A stretch of 45,534 nucleotides of DNA from Gonapodya sp. JEL0774 (taxonomy: Eukaryota): NCBI GenBank assembly GCA_027604505.1, contig JADIIX010000160.1, positions 1 to 45,534 on the forward strand, written 5' to 3'. Below the pieces are notes generated by a model that was not told the origin of the DNA, did not search any database, and worked only from the letters and a program-made list of their open reading frames with translations. This document shows, piece after piece, positions 23,841 through 35,844 of this stretch (positions are counted from its first letter, which is position 1; each line of letters opens with the position of its first letter). Both the position numbers and the translations under genes were made by a program.

Positions 23841-26054
23841 GGAGACAGACCCCGGCGTCCCCAATCCAAGCCACCACCTCGACCCGCTTCCACTCGGTCT
23901 CCCTCCTCTCGTCCCTCTCGCTCACCTCGCTCACCACCACGGCCTCAGCGTTCTCAGCCGTATCCACCGGATCGTCGTCAGGAATGTTGTCTACAGAGAC
24001 GATCACGAGCGTGGGACTCCGTGTGGCAGCCCACGTGGGTCACTGTTGTGAGGCGCCGATGGCGGGGAGCGTGATGGGGCGGCTGGTGTCGATCGTGTCG
24101 TCGTCGACGGAGGAGGACCGGCACCGCAGCAACAGCTCAGTAGTTTCAAACAGGTGGCGGTGACGCTGATGACCCCCATGGCGTGCAGTTATACAGAGTC
24201 GGCGACCACTACAATGGACGATCGCACAGCGGCACCGACGCCTGAACGCCTGAACACCACCATCTTCGCATCCCTGCTCAACAACCTCGAATGGGCGGTC
24301 CAACGAAATGCGCGCCTCGGTGGCGTCCACTCCTACTCCGACACCTGGAACACCGGTGACTCCTTTTTCCAGGCCTTGCAGTGGATCGCGCAGTGTCTGC
24401 GGCGTCTATGCTCGTTGAGAGCGGGGTGAGGGAGATGATGTACGCAGGTGGTGGAGGTGGAGGGGAGGGAAGAGAGGGATGACGTACCGGGGACCGTTGT
24501 TTTCCGGGTTCGGAGCTGGTGGAGGAGGTGGAACAGGTGCGGTGGCCGGAAAACCCACCCAACGTACCATTGGTCTCTCGGAATCCAGCACGACATCGGG
24601 TGGTGGTGCTCCTGGCGCTCTGTTACTCACACCTGATCACGGCCAGGGGAAAGCCAAATTGTCCTCCCGATCCCCGTCCCGCGCTTCGAAGCCGTTCAAA
24701 CACCCGTCGCTGTCTCCATCGCGCACGGCAACGGTGCATGTCCACTGCGCCGACCACCCATGGGGCAATGGCGATGGGGCAGAGACGGCGACGATGCAGA
24801 GACGAACCACGTCCCCGCAGAACCACACCAAGAGGAACAGCGTGGTCCGTGCGAGTACGGGGACTGTGGGACTGACTGTGTCCACTTTCAACCGCATATC
24901 GGTGGCGATGGTGATGGGGCTCGGGGCTGGATGGGATGGGAGCGGGGTCATAGGGGAGAAGATCGGTGGTGAGATGGTGGGAGTGGGGGAGACTGGTGAG
25001 GCCAAGATGCGTCCGAGTCCGAGGGTAAGCGATAGGGAGAGGAGTGTCTAGGGGATACCGGTGTGGAAACGGGACGGACTGGGGCGGATGGGGGGTCTGG
25101 AGCTGGAGCAGCAGCACGATCAGCGACCCCTGTGCCCACTGCCGCCTCCACCTCCAACCCCGCCCATTCTATTCCCCCGAAACACAATTTTCTTCAGGGG
25201 ACGTTTGCGAAATTGACGGGGAGGAAGCAGAGCAAAAAGAGGGGAGCCAGGAGTAACGGGAGTGCGAACATGATGGAAGGGGATGGGGTGGATGTGAGCA
25301 AAGCCAGCAGAACGGGGAATGGGTATGTGAGTACTCCGTCATGGTTTGGTCTGGGACAAGGAGGGGTTCGTAGGACGATGGTATGTGCGACTGTTCTTGT
25401 TGTGCTGACACCTGATTTTGGAAGTACTCATTTTTCCCGCGTTGCTTTCTTTGCTCCGATATGTTTTAGATTCTCGTCTTACTTATCCTGACACGGACAA
25501 TGTCGAACATCCGATCCACCGACCAACACCGTTCCCCGTATCAGGATGTGCTCACCGTGCTTCCATTCCCTTCGCTGGACTCTTCGCTCTTGGGGTTCGT
25601 GGCCGAGTCTGAGTAGAACAAGGACTGTGGAGGGCTTAATCTTCTGGACGGCATGATGTCAAGGTGGAGGAGGTGGAGGGTTGGGCGACTGGTGAGTTCC
25701 CCGCAGCCTTTTGGCCCGTGGTCGTGTCATTCATCGTCCAGATGTTCCCCCACCGAAGCACATCCCACATCACGTCCGCGAGAGCCGACCCCCACCGTTC
25801 TCTCTTCTCAACCTCCCTCCCTCGCGTCCCCGACCCTTCTCCAACGGGCAACACCACACATCGTCCGTACCGCTACATCACCATCTGTATTCTCACTGAG
25901 CTGTGCTGACTCGTCGCGGGCAAGTCTCGCCAACAAGAGAGACCCGAGTCTGGTCGATAGTCAGGCCACTTCCGTTGTTACGGCTGCGTCGGCGTGGGGA
26001 GGCACAGGCGCTCAGCCAGCGGGACTGATGAGTCCCAACAGCATGCTTTGCCTT

Positions 26055-26256
26055 GCTTGAAGAGTGGGCATTGTCTTTTGAGAGCGTATCATACCATCTT
26101 TCGGGATGGGTTTTGTCCTTTGAGAGCATATCACTCTATCCTTTGGGATGGGGTGGAGTTGAGCTTTCCGGTGTTCGAACACTCATTCACATGAGGGATG
26201 AGTTTCGATAGCTTTCGGTGGCTTGAAGAGTGGGCAATGTCGTTTGAGAGCACATC
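26055..26256. repeat. Degenerate local repeats
   Basis: gcttgaagagtgggca.tgtc.tttgagagc at 26055 and 26221. ttgagagc.tatca...atc.tt.gggatggg repeated at ~42-bp spacing (26078, 26120). Confidence 0.6.
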
Positions 26257-28501
26257 ATCCAGGATAGGGTGATGTGCCCTCAGCTGACACCCAACAATGG
26301 CCAGCAGCTGACAAGTATCCACTTGAGGAGGCTAGCAGGACTCTGCTTCATATAGTCGGTCAATGCCCTAGTGCTTCATTAATATTTGTTAGTGTACACT
26401 AGTGGCCTCCGATGGTGGATACGTAAGGCATGCTGGTTGCTCATCAGACGATCACCATTGGAACCCGTGGGTGCTGAATCCATCTGGGCATCTATTCCTA
26501 TCTATTCTGGTTCGTAAATTTATTGTTTTCGTTGCTGGTCCGGTTCATCTGGACTGCCATCAGTGTAGCCAAGCGGAGTGACTGTCACTGGATCATGGTC
26601 ACAAGTGGTGGCCTTCTTCTTTGCTGTCTTCAGTGAAATTGGGGAATAAATCAAGGGATGAAAGGCAAACAATACAGGATTGGTGTTCGGGGGTTTTTGC
26701 TCTTGGGTAACGAAGTTCAGGACCTGCATTTCCACGCTCTCTCTTCACACTCTCTTCATCCTCCCTTATTTAAAGTCATTCTTGATTCCTCCAATATCCG
26801 CGATTCTTCATTCTTTCAATGTCGACGGTCTTTGAAACTTATCTCTTCGGTTCATAGGCACCAACATCTCCCTCCGTGCCACAGCATAATCAATCATCAT
26901 TTTAGAATGGGTTTAGCGTACAGGTGGGGGTACACGAAGTCCAGGGGTAAGGCATTGGGGTGACGGATCATCGAAGACTGGCATGATTCAGTCGCACGTG
27001 CCAAATTCATTGGCAACAATGTGAGCAGGAAGGAAGTAGTCAGGGCTGCACTGGTCATCTGGTAAGGATGCCGAAAAGGACCAGCCCCAGCTCATTCACT
27101 GATGGGGGCGTGTTGTAGGCTCCAGCAGGTGAGATTGAGGGGCGAATATTGAAGGGCAAGAAGCGATGGAGAAATACGGTCGGAACAGCCAACTGCAGAG
27201 TGATCTTCAAGATCCAACACCTTTATATGTGAAAGACCCACCATCTGCACCGCACGATTTTGAGTTCCGCACATGATGCGGCCTGCGAGGGGTTTCTGGG
27301 GTGTCATCAGTGCGATGCGGCGGGTGCTGGTCACGATGATGATCGCGCATTCCGCATTCCCCACTCCCCATTCAACCTTCCTCCCAACTCAATTGTCCCC
27401 ACCCACACGCCTCACGTCCTATTCTACCGTCCCCTCCCCTGCCCTACCGTATCAAGTAACCTCCAGCATTTGAAACTGGCGATTTCGCAATCCAAAGTTC
27501 CTTCTGTCATAGTCAAGTCTCGAGCCTCGAGGATAGAGGCACTGATCCACGACCCACGATCCACGACCAACGACCAAGACACGGCGATATGACGACACGA
27601 CACGTGGGCCATGAGCCGTACGCTGCTACGGGGGGTGGGTGGAAGAGGAGTGGGGGCCCTGGTGTGTGGGGCTCTGTGGGTGGGATGAGAGAGGTGGAGC
27701 AGGTGGGCGTCAGTTTCGGAGCAGGGAATATGAGAACGGGCAGGTTCAGCACTCTCGTGAGTTGCTTGTGGTGTGCGAGGAACGGAGTGGGTGGTTGGTG
27801 TTGGTGGTAGGGACCGGCGGGTACCATCTCGGCTCGCTCTGCTCTCCCCAAGCGACCCCCAGTCCCGCGTCCTAGGTCCGGTGTATAGTCCGAGTACGAG
27901 TCCGCACCGAGCACAGCGCACCCGACCCGATTCCGCGACCCAACTCCACCACCGGACCCACCCGGACCGAGCTTATGACAAAGGGAACGTTGTTTCGCCA
28001 CAAACTCACAATGGAGTCACAAAGATTTGATGTTACGTTCATTTTCGTTAGGCACGAGAATCTCAATTGACCAGTACCCTGACAAACGTCGCTGGAACAC
28101 CGCAACATCGCAAAAGCAAACACCCCTTATGGCCACTGAGAGAAGGAATTTGGTGCTCTTGTGGCGCTGCAGTGGTGCAGTGTTGGGGAGTGGTGGAATG
28201 AGGGGCACGATTGAATCTTGCAACATGGCTATGAAGAAGACTTGATCAGGTTTGAAAGTCAAGGATCCAAAAAGTATAGTTGGTAAGGTTTGAATATAGA
28301 GTTATATGATGTTACAGCAATGAAAATGACGGTCACAAAGAGTTGATTTGATGTGAAACAGTAGTCGAGAATGAGGACACAAGTTGTTATGATTTGAAAT
28401 GAAAATCATCCTAGGGTGACAATGTGTGTTGATTTAGTTTTGATACGAGAATCACAATTGAGCACGTTGACGTTCTCTGGGGGACAGACGTCTGTTGTGG
28501 T

Positions 28502-28800
28502 TGTCAGGGCGTGGCCTGACAAGGTATTCTGGATCAGATGACACAGATCGGACGCTGCGACGTCAATAGAGTGAAAGANNNNNNNNNNAACTTAAATATA
28601 TTTCGATTCATATCATACAAATTGCACAGTTCACAATCGAACTATAGTCCAGTCCATTAGTAGACTTCTCACTCTGTCCCCGTCACTTTGACCTTGTACT
28701 AACCCTCGCTTCCTGTGACCTCGGGTCACATAAACACTAACACTTGGCAGACACACTTACACACACTCAGTCCCTCATAGCGTAGACAACCCCCTTAACA
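28502..28800 (+). repeat. 5' LTR (interrupted by scaffold gap)
   Basis: 28502-28578 matches 32533-32609 and 28589-28800 matches 32771-32982, identical by eye. Confidence 0.9.
28579..28588. other. Assembly gap (10 N); about 161 bp of LTR is missing
   Basis: N run. The corresponding 3' LTR segment is 32610-32770. Confidence 0.95.
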
Positions 28801-28802
28801 TC

Positions 28803-28816
28803 TGGTGCTCCCCCTA
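28803..28816 (+). promoter_or_regulatory. Putative tRNA primer-binding site
   Basis: TGGTGCTCCCCCTA begins 2 nt after the LTR end; TGG is complementary to tRNA CCA. The cognate tRNA was not determined. Confidence 0.65.
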
Positions 28817-29332
28817 AGTCGAAACTTGTTCCGCGGCATCTTTCTCTAGCTTATCTCTCGGGTACTCTCACAACGGCTCGTCCCTTTGACCCCTTCGGTG
28901 TGGCTGACACATCACACCCAAACATCATCAACGATCTCTCATACTCCCTCGCTCAATCATTTCATACAATTTTATCAGAACATCCATCAATAAATCTCAG
29001 CTCATTTCACTCGGAACCTGAAGTTGCCCCTCCAACCCTCGATCCTTGTCCCTGAACGACCCTGTAGTGCGCCTCCGCAGATTACACTTCCAGCAGACTA
29101 TCTAGCCACAATCGACACATCGTTTTCAACTCTCGTTCATCTCCCTCGGCGATACTCCCCTATTCCAGTGCCACCTCTTCTGTCATCACCACCCCTTCCC
29201 CCATCACCAACACCAGGCTCACATCTCGCAACCCCACTCATAGTAGCCTCCGACATCACCATTGAGCTCGCAGCAGACCCAGCACGCTCCCTATTAACTC
29301 TTTCAAGTCGCACAGCTCACACATCTCCTGCA

Positions 29333-30403
29333 ATGGCCACCGGTACTCCAGTTGCACCAGTCTTGACGTTCCCCCGTGATGTGAAAGAGCTCAAGTTCCC
29401 TCTCGCAGACTTTGACCCAAAGGATCCAATTGGAAGCTTAACTCGTTACAATACGTTCATAGATAATGTTAAGAATCATATCAAGTTGAAAGATATTCGC
29501 GAGTCAAATCAACGGATCGCAGCCATCGCTCACAACATCCCCGCTACTGTCCGCAACCGAATGCCCACGACAACTCTCGGAGATAACCCAGACTGGGACG
29601 ACTATCTTGAAGCTCTTGATGGTGCTTACTTCCCTCGTAACTCCGCTCTGTGGCATCAAACTCTCGAGCAAATGATTTGGGACCCAACACAACGCTTCTC
29701 CAATCACGTTATGGATTACAAAACAATCGCTCATCGCGCTGGAATCATCAATCTTTACAACCCGGCAACTTTAGACACAGATCTTCGCAATCAACATCTT
29801 TGGTACTATTTTTGGAAAGCTTTACCCCCGGCACTTCAAATGTATATGTCCTTATGTGGAATAAAAACTCTCGCTGACCTGACGGACGATAAAATTAGTG
29901 CAATTGAGGAAAACCCGCATCTCTCTCCGTCGCCACTCCTACTGTTTCCGGCTAAACACAACCCGAGCACACACCTTGCCTCCGTTCAGGCATCTGATCC
30001 CATCGCGACTCTCACTCAAACCTTAGACGAACGCTTCGCTAGAATAGAGAAAGCATTCGAGAATATGCATGTCACAATCGCAGCCTTACAAACTCCCTCG
30101 GCTCACTCCCCTGGCAATCCCCCACGTTACGCACAACAACACAATTTCCGCGTGCCATTCACTCAAAACAACTCTCACAACAATGGACAATTCTTGCAAC
30201 AGAACAATGACAAAGCTTACGATGGAGAATTCAATTGTTATACATGCGATCAGCCTGGACACACCTCGCGCAACTGCCCATATAAGAATCAAATTGTAGC
30301 GCTCGCAAGACAGTTGCAGAATATACAGAATGCTTCAGCTGCAAACGCTCTTCCTGCCCCCGATAATCTTGGTACAGATGGAAACCCCCCGAGAAACAAT
30401 TAG
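29333..30403 (+). CDS. gag: Retrotransposon Gag with CCHC zinc knuckle
   Basis: ORF 29024..30403 with first ATG at 29333. CYTCDQPGHTSRNC fits C-x2-C-x4-H-x4-C. Capsid-like helical region (WDDYLEALDGAYFP). Confidence 0.85.
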   Translation: MATGTPVAPVLTFPRDVKELKFPLADFDPKDPIGSLTRYNTFIDNVKNHIKLKDIRESNQRIAAIAHNIPATVRNRMPTTTLGDNPDWDDYLEALDGAYFPRNSALWHQTLEQMIWDPTQRFSNHVMDYKTIAHRAGIINLYNPATLDTDLRNQHLWYYFWKALPPALQMYMSLCGIKTLADLTDDKISAIEENPHLSPSPLLLFPAKHNPSTHLASVQASDPIATLTQTLDERFARIEKAFENMHVTIAALQTPSAHSPGNPPRYAQQHNFRVPFTQNNSHNNGQFLQQNNDKAYDGEFNCYTCDQPGHTSRNCPYKNQIVALARQLQNIQNASAANALPAPDNLGTDGNPPRNN

Positions 30404-32532
30404 AACACTGTTGAGACTAAGAACCTCCATCACTTTTCACGGGCAATAACACACAAACATGGACACTGAAACACTTCATTCACTATCTCGGACTTTGAAC
30501 TTACGTTGGCTTCTCCTCTGGATACACATCTGGCTAACACCTCTCCCCCTCTCGGAACACCTGGTAATACACAGCTCCCCACCCACTTAGCATGCTCTCA
30601 CAGACACGCAGCTCTTCCCTGGAAATTCGAATCGTTGTAGTTGGATAATTGACAATCTAGACACACCCCTGTACACGACACACACACAAACACTTGGGCA
30701 CGCAAAACCCATCACCCGCTCTCTCACGATACGAACGACGTAGTAGAAACATTATCAGCTGTAGAAACAACAGCTAAAAAATCTCCCCCGGCATCTCTCA
30801 CTCTCAAAATTACATTCTGGTTCCCGCATGGTTCATCTCTTGCTCACCCTTCGATAGTCAATCCCCACTTCATCACTCCCCACGAATGCTTCCTCAACAC
30901 CTTTGGAAAATCGATCAATCTCTGCTGGACAGACAACTGATGCGATTTTTTCTCCAGCGTCTGCCGTTGCTGTGTGCGCGCCACAGTGGATGATCAGATG
31001 CTCGGGGAATCTCTCCCCCGGCAGACTCCTTGAACAGCTCTGGTATCACACCTTCCGACTCGTCAGATGTTACGTTCTCTATACTTCCTCGCTGGCAGAA
31101 GCATGGCCGATTCAGCAAGAGGACTGCAGCCTTTACTGCTGCGACTCGGCATGATGTTCTTGCGGCACATCGCAACACCGCTTCGCAGATTTACAATCTT
31201 GGGCAGAAAATTTCTGAATTGCACTTTACACGACATCACTACTCTTCTCGTTACTTCGCACGCTCGTTTGACACACTGTGTAGACTTTGGTTCTTTGGAT
31301 GGACTTTTGGCCGAACACCTGACCCCGCATTGTCCTGAAGATCACTTCGTCCCTGAACTCTTTTCCGACACCATCGCACAAACAGACTCCCGTGAAGAAT
31401 GACAAACTAGAACACCGCTTAAAAAAAAAAGTTGATTTGATGGAACTTGACACCACTATGAAAAATCCTCCCGACACAAACTCCCTCACAATTCCCCTTA
31501 CGATTCCACTCTCACAACCCACAACCCGAACGCAGCAAACACACACAACCACCTCTCCCCATTCAAAAGAAAGTGAAATGCTCGAATTACAATTGGCTTG
31601 AAGAATCAAAAACACCCGGAAGACACACTCTCATAATTTGGACATCTCCACAAAAAGCACAACTTTGAAGTAGAAAACACTGGAAAACAGTCGATAATAA
31701 CGCTACAAAGTCGCTCATTGATTATACATACTTGAAGAAGATGGAAAATGGAAAATTGTAGATCAAAACACTGTTAGAAGACCAACACAAACGCATAAAC
31801 CACCATCGCTTGAAACAGAAAGCACGCAAACCATCCCACTTGGAACAGAATACGCTTGTAGAAACTCGCTACGAAATATGGAAGAACTGGCGGAACAGAT
31901 TTGACCAAACCCCCGCGAACACACGCGCACCTGGACGATCCCGCTCCCCTACAAACGCTCTAAAACCCTCACACCTGCAGAACGACTGAAAAGCTTTAGA
32001 CTTAAAAGACCATATTCACATCCACAGACATTGAAAGCCCCGCGCAAGATGTTCATCACTCCCCCATAACGCCGCAGCTATTCGTTGACACTCCAATACT
32101 CGCCCAACACCTCAGAATCACACATTCACACATGCACACGCAGAACCATAGCTATAGAACCTCTTTGTCGTCCTACTCTCTCTTGCTTATGATACGTAGC
32201 CATACACGATGCGCCCTTTACGCTCCTCACATCACCCTCGACCCTCGCACACATCCCTTCCCCTGAGTCGCAAACACACTTTCTCCTTCCTACATCACAA
32301 TCAACGTGGCTCATGATTGATAAAAGCCTCGACATGCAATAGATTTCATCCTCTCCTCCTTTCAACCGGGGGATGGGATCTGGTCCTTCTCGGCCCTGAT
32401 CAATTCGAAGCTATGATTCACAAACACCCCTAAACTCGGAGATAGACAATGACATGACATTTTGATACATCATACGTACTTTTTTGCTTTTCTTTGGAGT
32501 GGTATTGGCGATTCTCTTCACCGGTGGAGTAG

Positions 32533-32982
32533 TGTCAGGGCGTGGCCTGACAAGGTATTCTGGATCAGATGACACAGATCGGACGCTGCGACGTCAATAG
32601 AGTGAAAGATCGTATTTTTGTAGTTTGAAAAGGCGTTACAGAACAATTTTAGAAGTTCTACAAGAGACGGAATAGATGGAAGTTGGAGAATAAAGGCCAC
32701 AGCGCTCCTCATGACCAAAGCACGAAATGGACTATAAAAACCGTAGCTTCAGCTTAGCTTAGATTTCTACAACTTAAATATATTTCGATTCATATCATAC
32801 AAATTGCACAGTTCACAATCGAACTATAGTCCAGTCCATTAGTAGACTTCTCACTCTGTCCCCGTCACTTTGACCTTGTACTAACCCTCGCTTCCTGTGA
32901 CCTCGGGTCACATAAACACTAACACTTGGCAGACACACTTACACACACTCAGTCCCTCATAGCGTAGACAACCCCCTTAACA
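32533..32982 (+). repeat. 3' LTR (450 bp)
   Basis: TGTCAGGG...CCCCTTAACA imperfect inverted ends. TATAAAAA at 32733. TGTGACC-TCG-GGTCACA hairpin at 32896-32912. Preceded by a weak purine-rich tract (GGTGGAGTAG). Confidence 0.92.
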
Positions 32983-34054
32983 TGGTATTGACACCGCGCA
33001 CCGGGCCTGGGCGGTGTGACCACATCTCACAATGGGGGGTGCTCTCATTGCATGAGCGCTGGCAAGTTTGATTCGGAGCGCGGAAAATTTCTTGTAGGCC
33101 TTCTAATTTTGATTATACAATGCCCATCCATCGGCCATCCACCGTCAAAAATGCCCACCCTCCCCCCCACCTTCGCCTACCCGCACACCATATGTGCCTT
33201 TGGCCGACACCGATCCAACCAATCAAATCTATCCAACCACCCGGCCAGCTGTTGAACCCACTTCCCTCAAACTCGGGGGCCGGGGGCAGCGGGGGTGGCG
33301 GTGAGGGCGACACTGTGGGCGGTGGTTGGTGGCGCACGTTCCACGGGTAGGAATGGGGTAAGCGGAGGGTGCTGCACCGGCGTGTGCGTGCCGGGGGTGC
33401 TGGGAGCGGGGGAAGGAGCGGGTTGGGGGGGAGGAGCAGTGGGCCTGCGTGTGTGTTGTGGCAGAATGTGGCGGGGTGCGGATACGTGGGTCGGTGGTTG
33501 AAAGGGGGGGTCGTGGAGCACCCCGCCTCCCAACCTCGTACTCACCACACGCAACGAAAACCGGTCCTACAGGGATTAACTGTGCTTGTTCTTTGCATGT
33601 TCTGGTGGTGGGGTGGCGGCCGGAGGGGTGGGTGGTGATGGGGATGGTGGGGGAAGGGGAAGCGCGGTGAAGGGGGAAATGTGGCAAAGTGGGAAAGATG
33701 AAGAAGAGGGACCGAGGGTGAGAAAAGAGCAAAGGACCGTCGCGCGCCGTGAGTCAGGAGTACGAGAGAAGGTGGGGGGCGGAGGGGGGGAAGGGGGGGG
33801 AAGGTGGGACCGGGGGCGCAGGTGAGCGCTGGTCATGAAAGATGGAAAACAAGAACAGGGCAGAAACAGCCCAGGGGCCCACCCGCCATTGTGCGTGTGC
33901 CCGTTGGCTCACCCTTCACCACCCGCCGTATCTGCAAGGCCACACATCCTACACAAATTACAGTGTTGTACGTCCCCACACGTCCACGCTGACCCGACAG
34001 GGCGAGACGTGACAGACAGGCGAGAGGCAAGAGCCTCCAGTTCTGGCCAGGAGG

Positions 34055-35300
34055 TTAAACCACCTCCGTCCATTTGCGCATTAACCCCCCGTTTCCCTCG
34101 CCACCCGAGCCCTCCCGCACCTGCCTCACATTCACGTTCACTCTCCGCCCCGCGCCTCCGATCTTCTCTGCGTCCCGCTCGTTGACCATGAAGTTCGCGA
34201 AAAGGTTCCTGTCAGCGCCCCGGGTAGGGGACGATGGCCGGTCGCGGAGAAGTGGTCAGGTAGGGAGGAGGGGAGGATGCGGGGGAGGCCTAGGGAGTGG
34301 CAGGAAGGGGTGAAAGTGGGAGAGAAAACCGTACGATGAGTTTCCAATTCAAGCATGTCTCACTGACTCGAACTTTCCCCGTCCATTCGCCCCCTAATCC
34401 CCACATTCCTCCCTGGACCCCAAAACCTCGCCACCCACCATGAAACGCCCTGCTACGCTCTCCAGCCATGACCACAATATCCCGGAACCTAAGGTACACT
34501 GCCACGGGCTTCACATCCCGCGTTGAGGAGCCGATGAGGAATATGCCGGTTGAGCTGAGACTGGGCAGGGAGGATGGGTTGGAGGCGTCCGGGGAGGGTG
34601 GAAAGGGAGGTTGGGGGAACAATTGACGACTCGCAGGACGAATAACACTCACCTAAAACTAACCAACGCCCTCCTCCCCCTCTCCACTTCGCTCCTATTC
34701 TGATGTGCCATCAACGTGTCCTTGAGGCTGACCAATTTCACAATGACCGCTTGTGTCTTGTAGGCTTTGTAGATCCCCTCCTGGTCTTTGTCCCCACCTG
34801 CCGCGCGAAACAGAGACCTGGCGAGCGCAATGACCCGCGCTCCAGGTAAGCCGACCATCGAGAGAGCCATTGCAGGGATCTCTGCGGGAGCGGGGGGTGC
34901 GTGGTGGTTTATGTACGAGAGCGGTGACGGTGTGTCGCGTGTCTCGGTCTCAGTGTCGGTTGGTGAGTTTGGCATACCCAAGTACGTTTTGGTCTTCCAA
35001 TCGGACCGTAGTAGAGTCCCAGACTGGTCTACCTGAGGCGGGAGTGGAGGAGAGTGAGAGGGGGAAGGGGTTTGAGCGTGCCAGTGGAAGAAGAAGTACA
35101 ACTCTCACTCGGCAATCACAAAACATCACCAAGCAAGGACATGAGAGCTCACCTTACTTTTCGTCCCAGCGTCTCAATTTTGTCGACCATTTGATAGCCA
35201 TAGGTGGGGTTCATGGATGGGATGAACTGGAAATTTGTGTCCTCGGGCTCGTACAGAAGGATCCTGCCAGGTTGAAGAACAGCCGGGTGAAACACTGAGA
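34055..35300 (-). pseudogene. ALKBH1: Degenerate ALKBH1/AlkB-family 2OG-Fe(II) dioxygenase copy
   Basis: Splicing 34561-34652 and 34290-34438 gives DWKTKTY...QAVIVKLVSLKDTLMAHQNRSE...ALVSFS|LSSTGIFLIGSSTRDVKPVAVYLRFRDIVVMAGERSRAFHG|LPRILPSSLPDHF. After a frameshift comes RRVNVNVRQV. HxD reads HQN, RSGD reads RFRD, and no clear 5' start was found. Confidence 0.8.
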
Positions 35301-35844
35301 GCAGCCTTGTGCGCTGACGTCCTGACGTCCTACCATGGATTTCCCCATCAAAAGTCCAGCCCTGTTTCGTTCCTCCGTCCCCAACCCGCCGACGTAGCAT
35401 CCCATGTCACTTTCCACCTATTTGCTGGCAAAAGCTACTTGTTCCAACACGCTACTCACCTTCACATTTTGCACCTTGCGCTTTTCCTGAGCGTACTGCT
35501 TGTCTTCATACTTTTTGAAACACCAGCTCCCCGTACAGAGCAATCGGGGACGACGAGAGGTTGGGCGGGGCCCTGGCCGATATCGAAATGATTTTAGCGG
35601 TGTCTGGCGAGAAATCTCGCGAAAAGAAGGGAAGGGGGATTTTTGACTCTGATTTTGGAGAGAGATTATTTTCGTAGTGTCACTGACTCCCTATGAATAT
35701 TTAGTTGTGGAATGTAAACTATATATTTATTCGATTACATAAGTGTGCGCGGACGTTGGAGCGAGCCTGAAGGTACCATTCATCAAAGTAACAAGAACCG
35801 CCTACCGGATCGCATTCAATCCTCCTGCACCATCCACACCACTG

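Larger units (their letters stand above)
28502..32982 (+). mobile_element. Non-autonomous gag-only LTR retrotransposon
   Basis: Paired TGT...ACA LTRs, 4-bp TSD TGGT (28498-28501 and 32983-32986), PBS-like TGG 2 nt after the 5' LTR, and gag with a zinc knuckle. No protease, RT, RNase H or integrase motif found in 30404-32532. Confidence 0.9.

Noticed and set aside
26055..26256. Spaced repeats resembling a CRISPR array
   Set aside because: Only 2-3 degenerate copies with irregular spacing, in a eukaryotic context with no cas genes.
30404..32532. Possible degenerate pol or chromodomain inside the LTR element
   Set aside because: No D-[ST]-G protease, YxDD, RNase H or integrase motif found in the frames examined.
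33240..34330. G-run-rich sequence with many overlapping P/G-rich ORFs and G-quadruplex potential
   Set aside because: Low-complexity composition explains the ORFs; no evidence of function.
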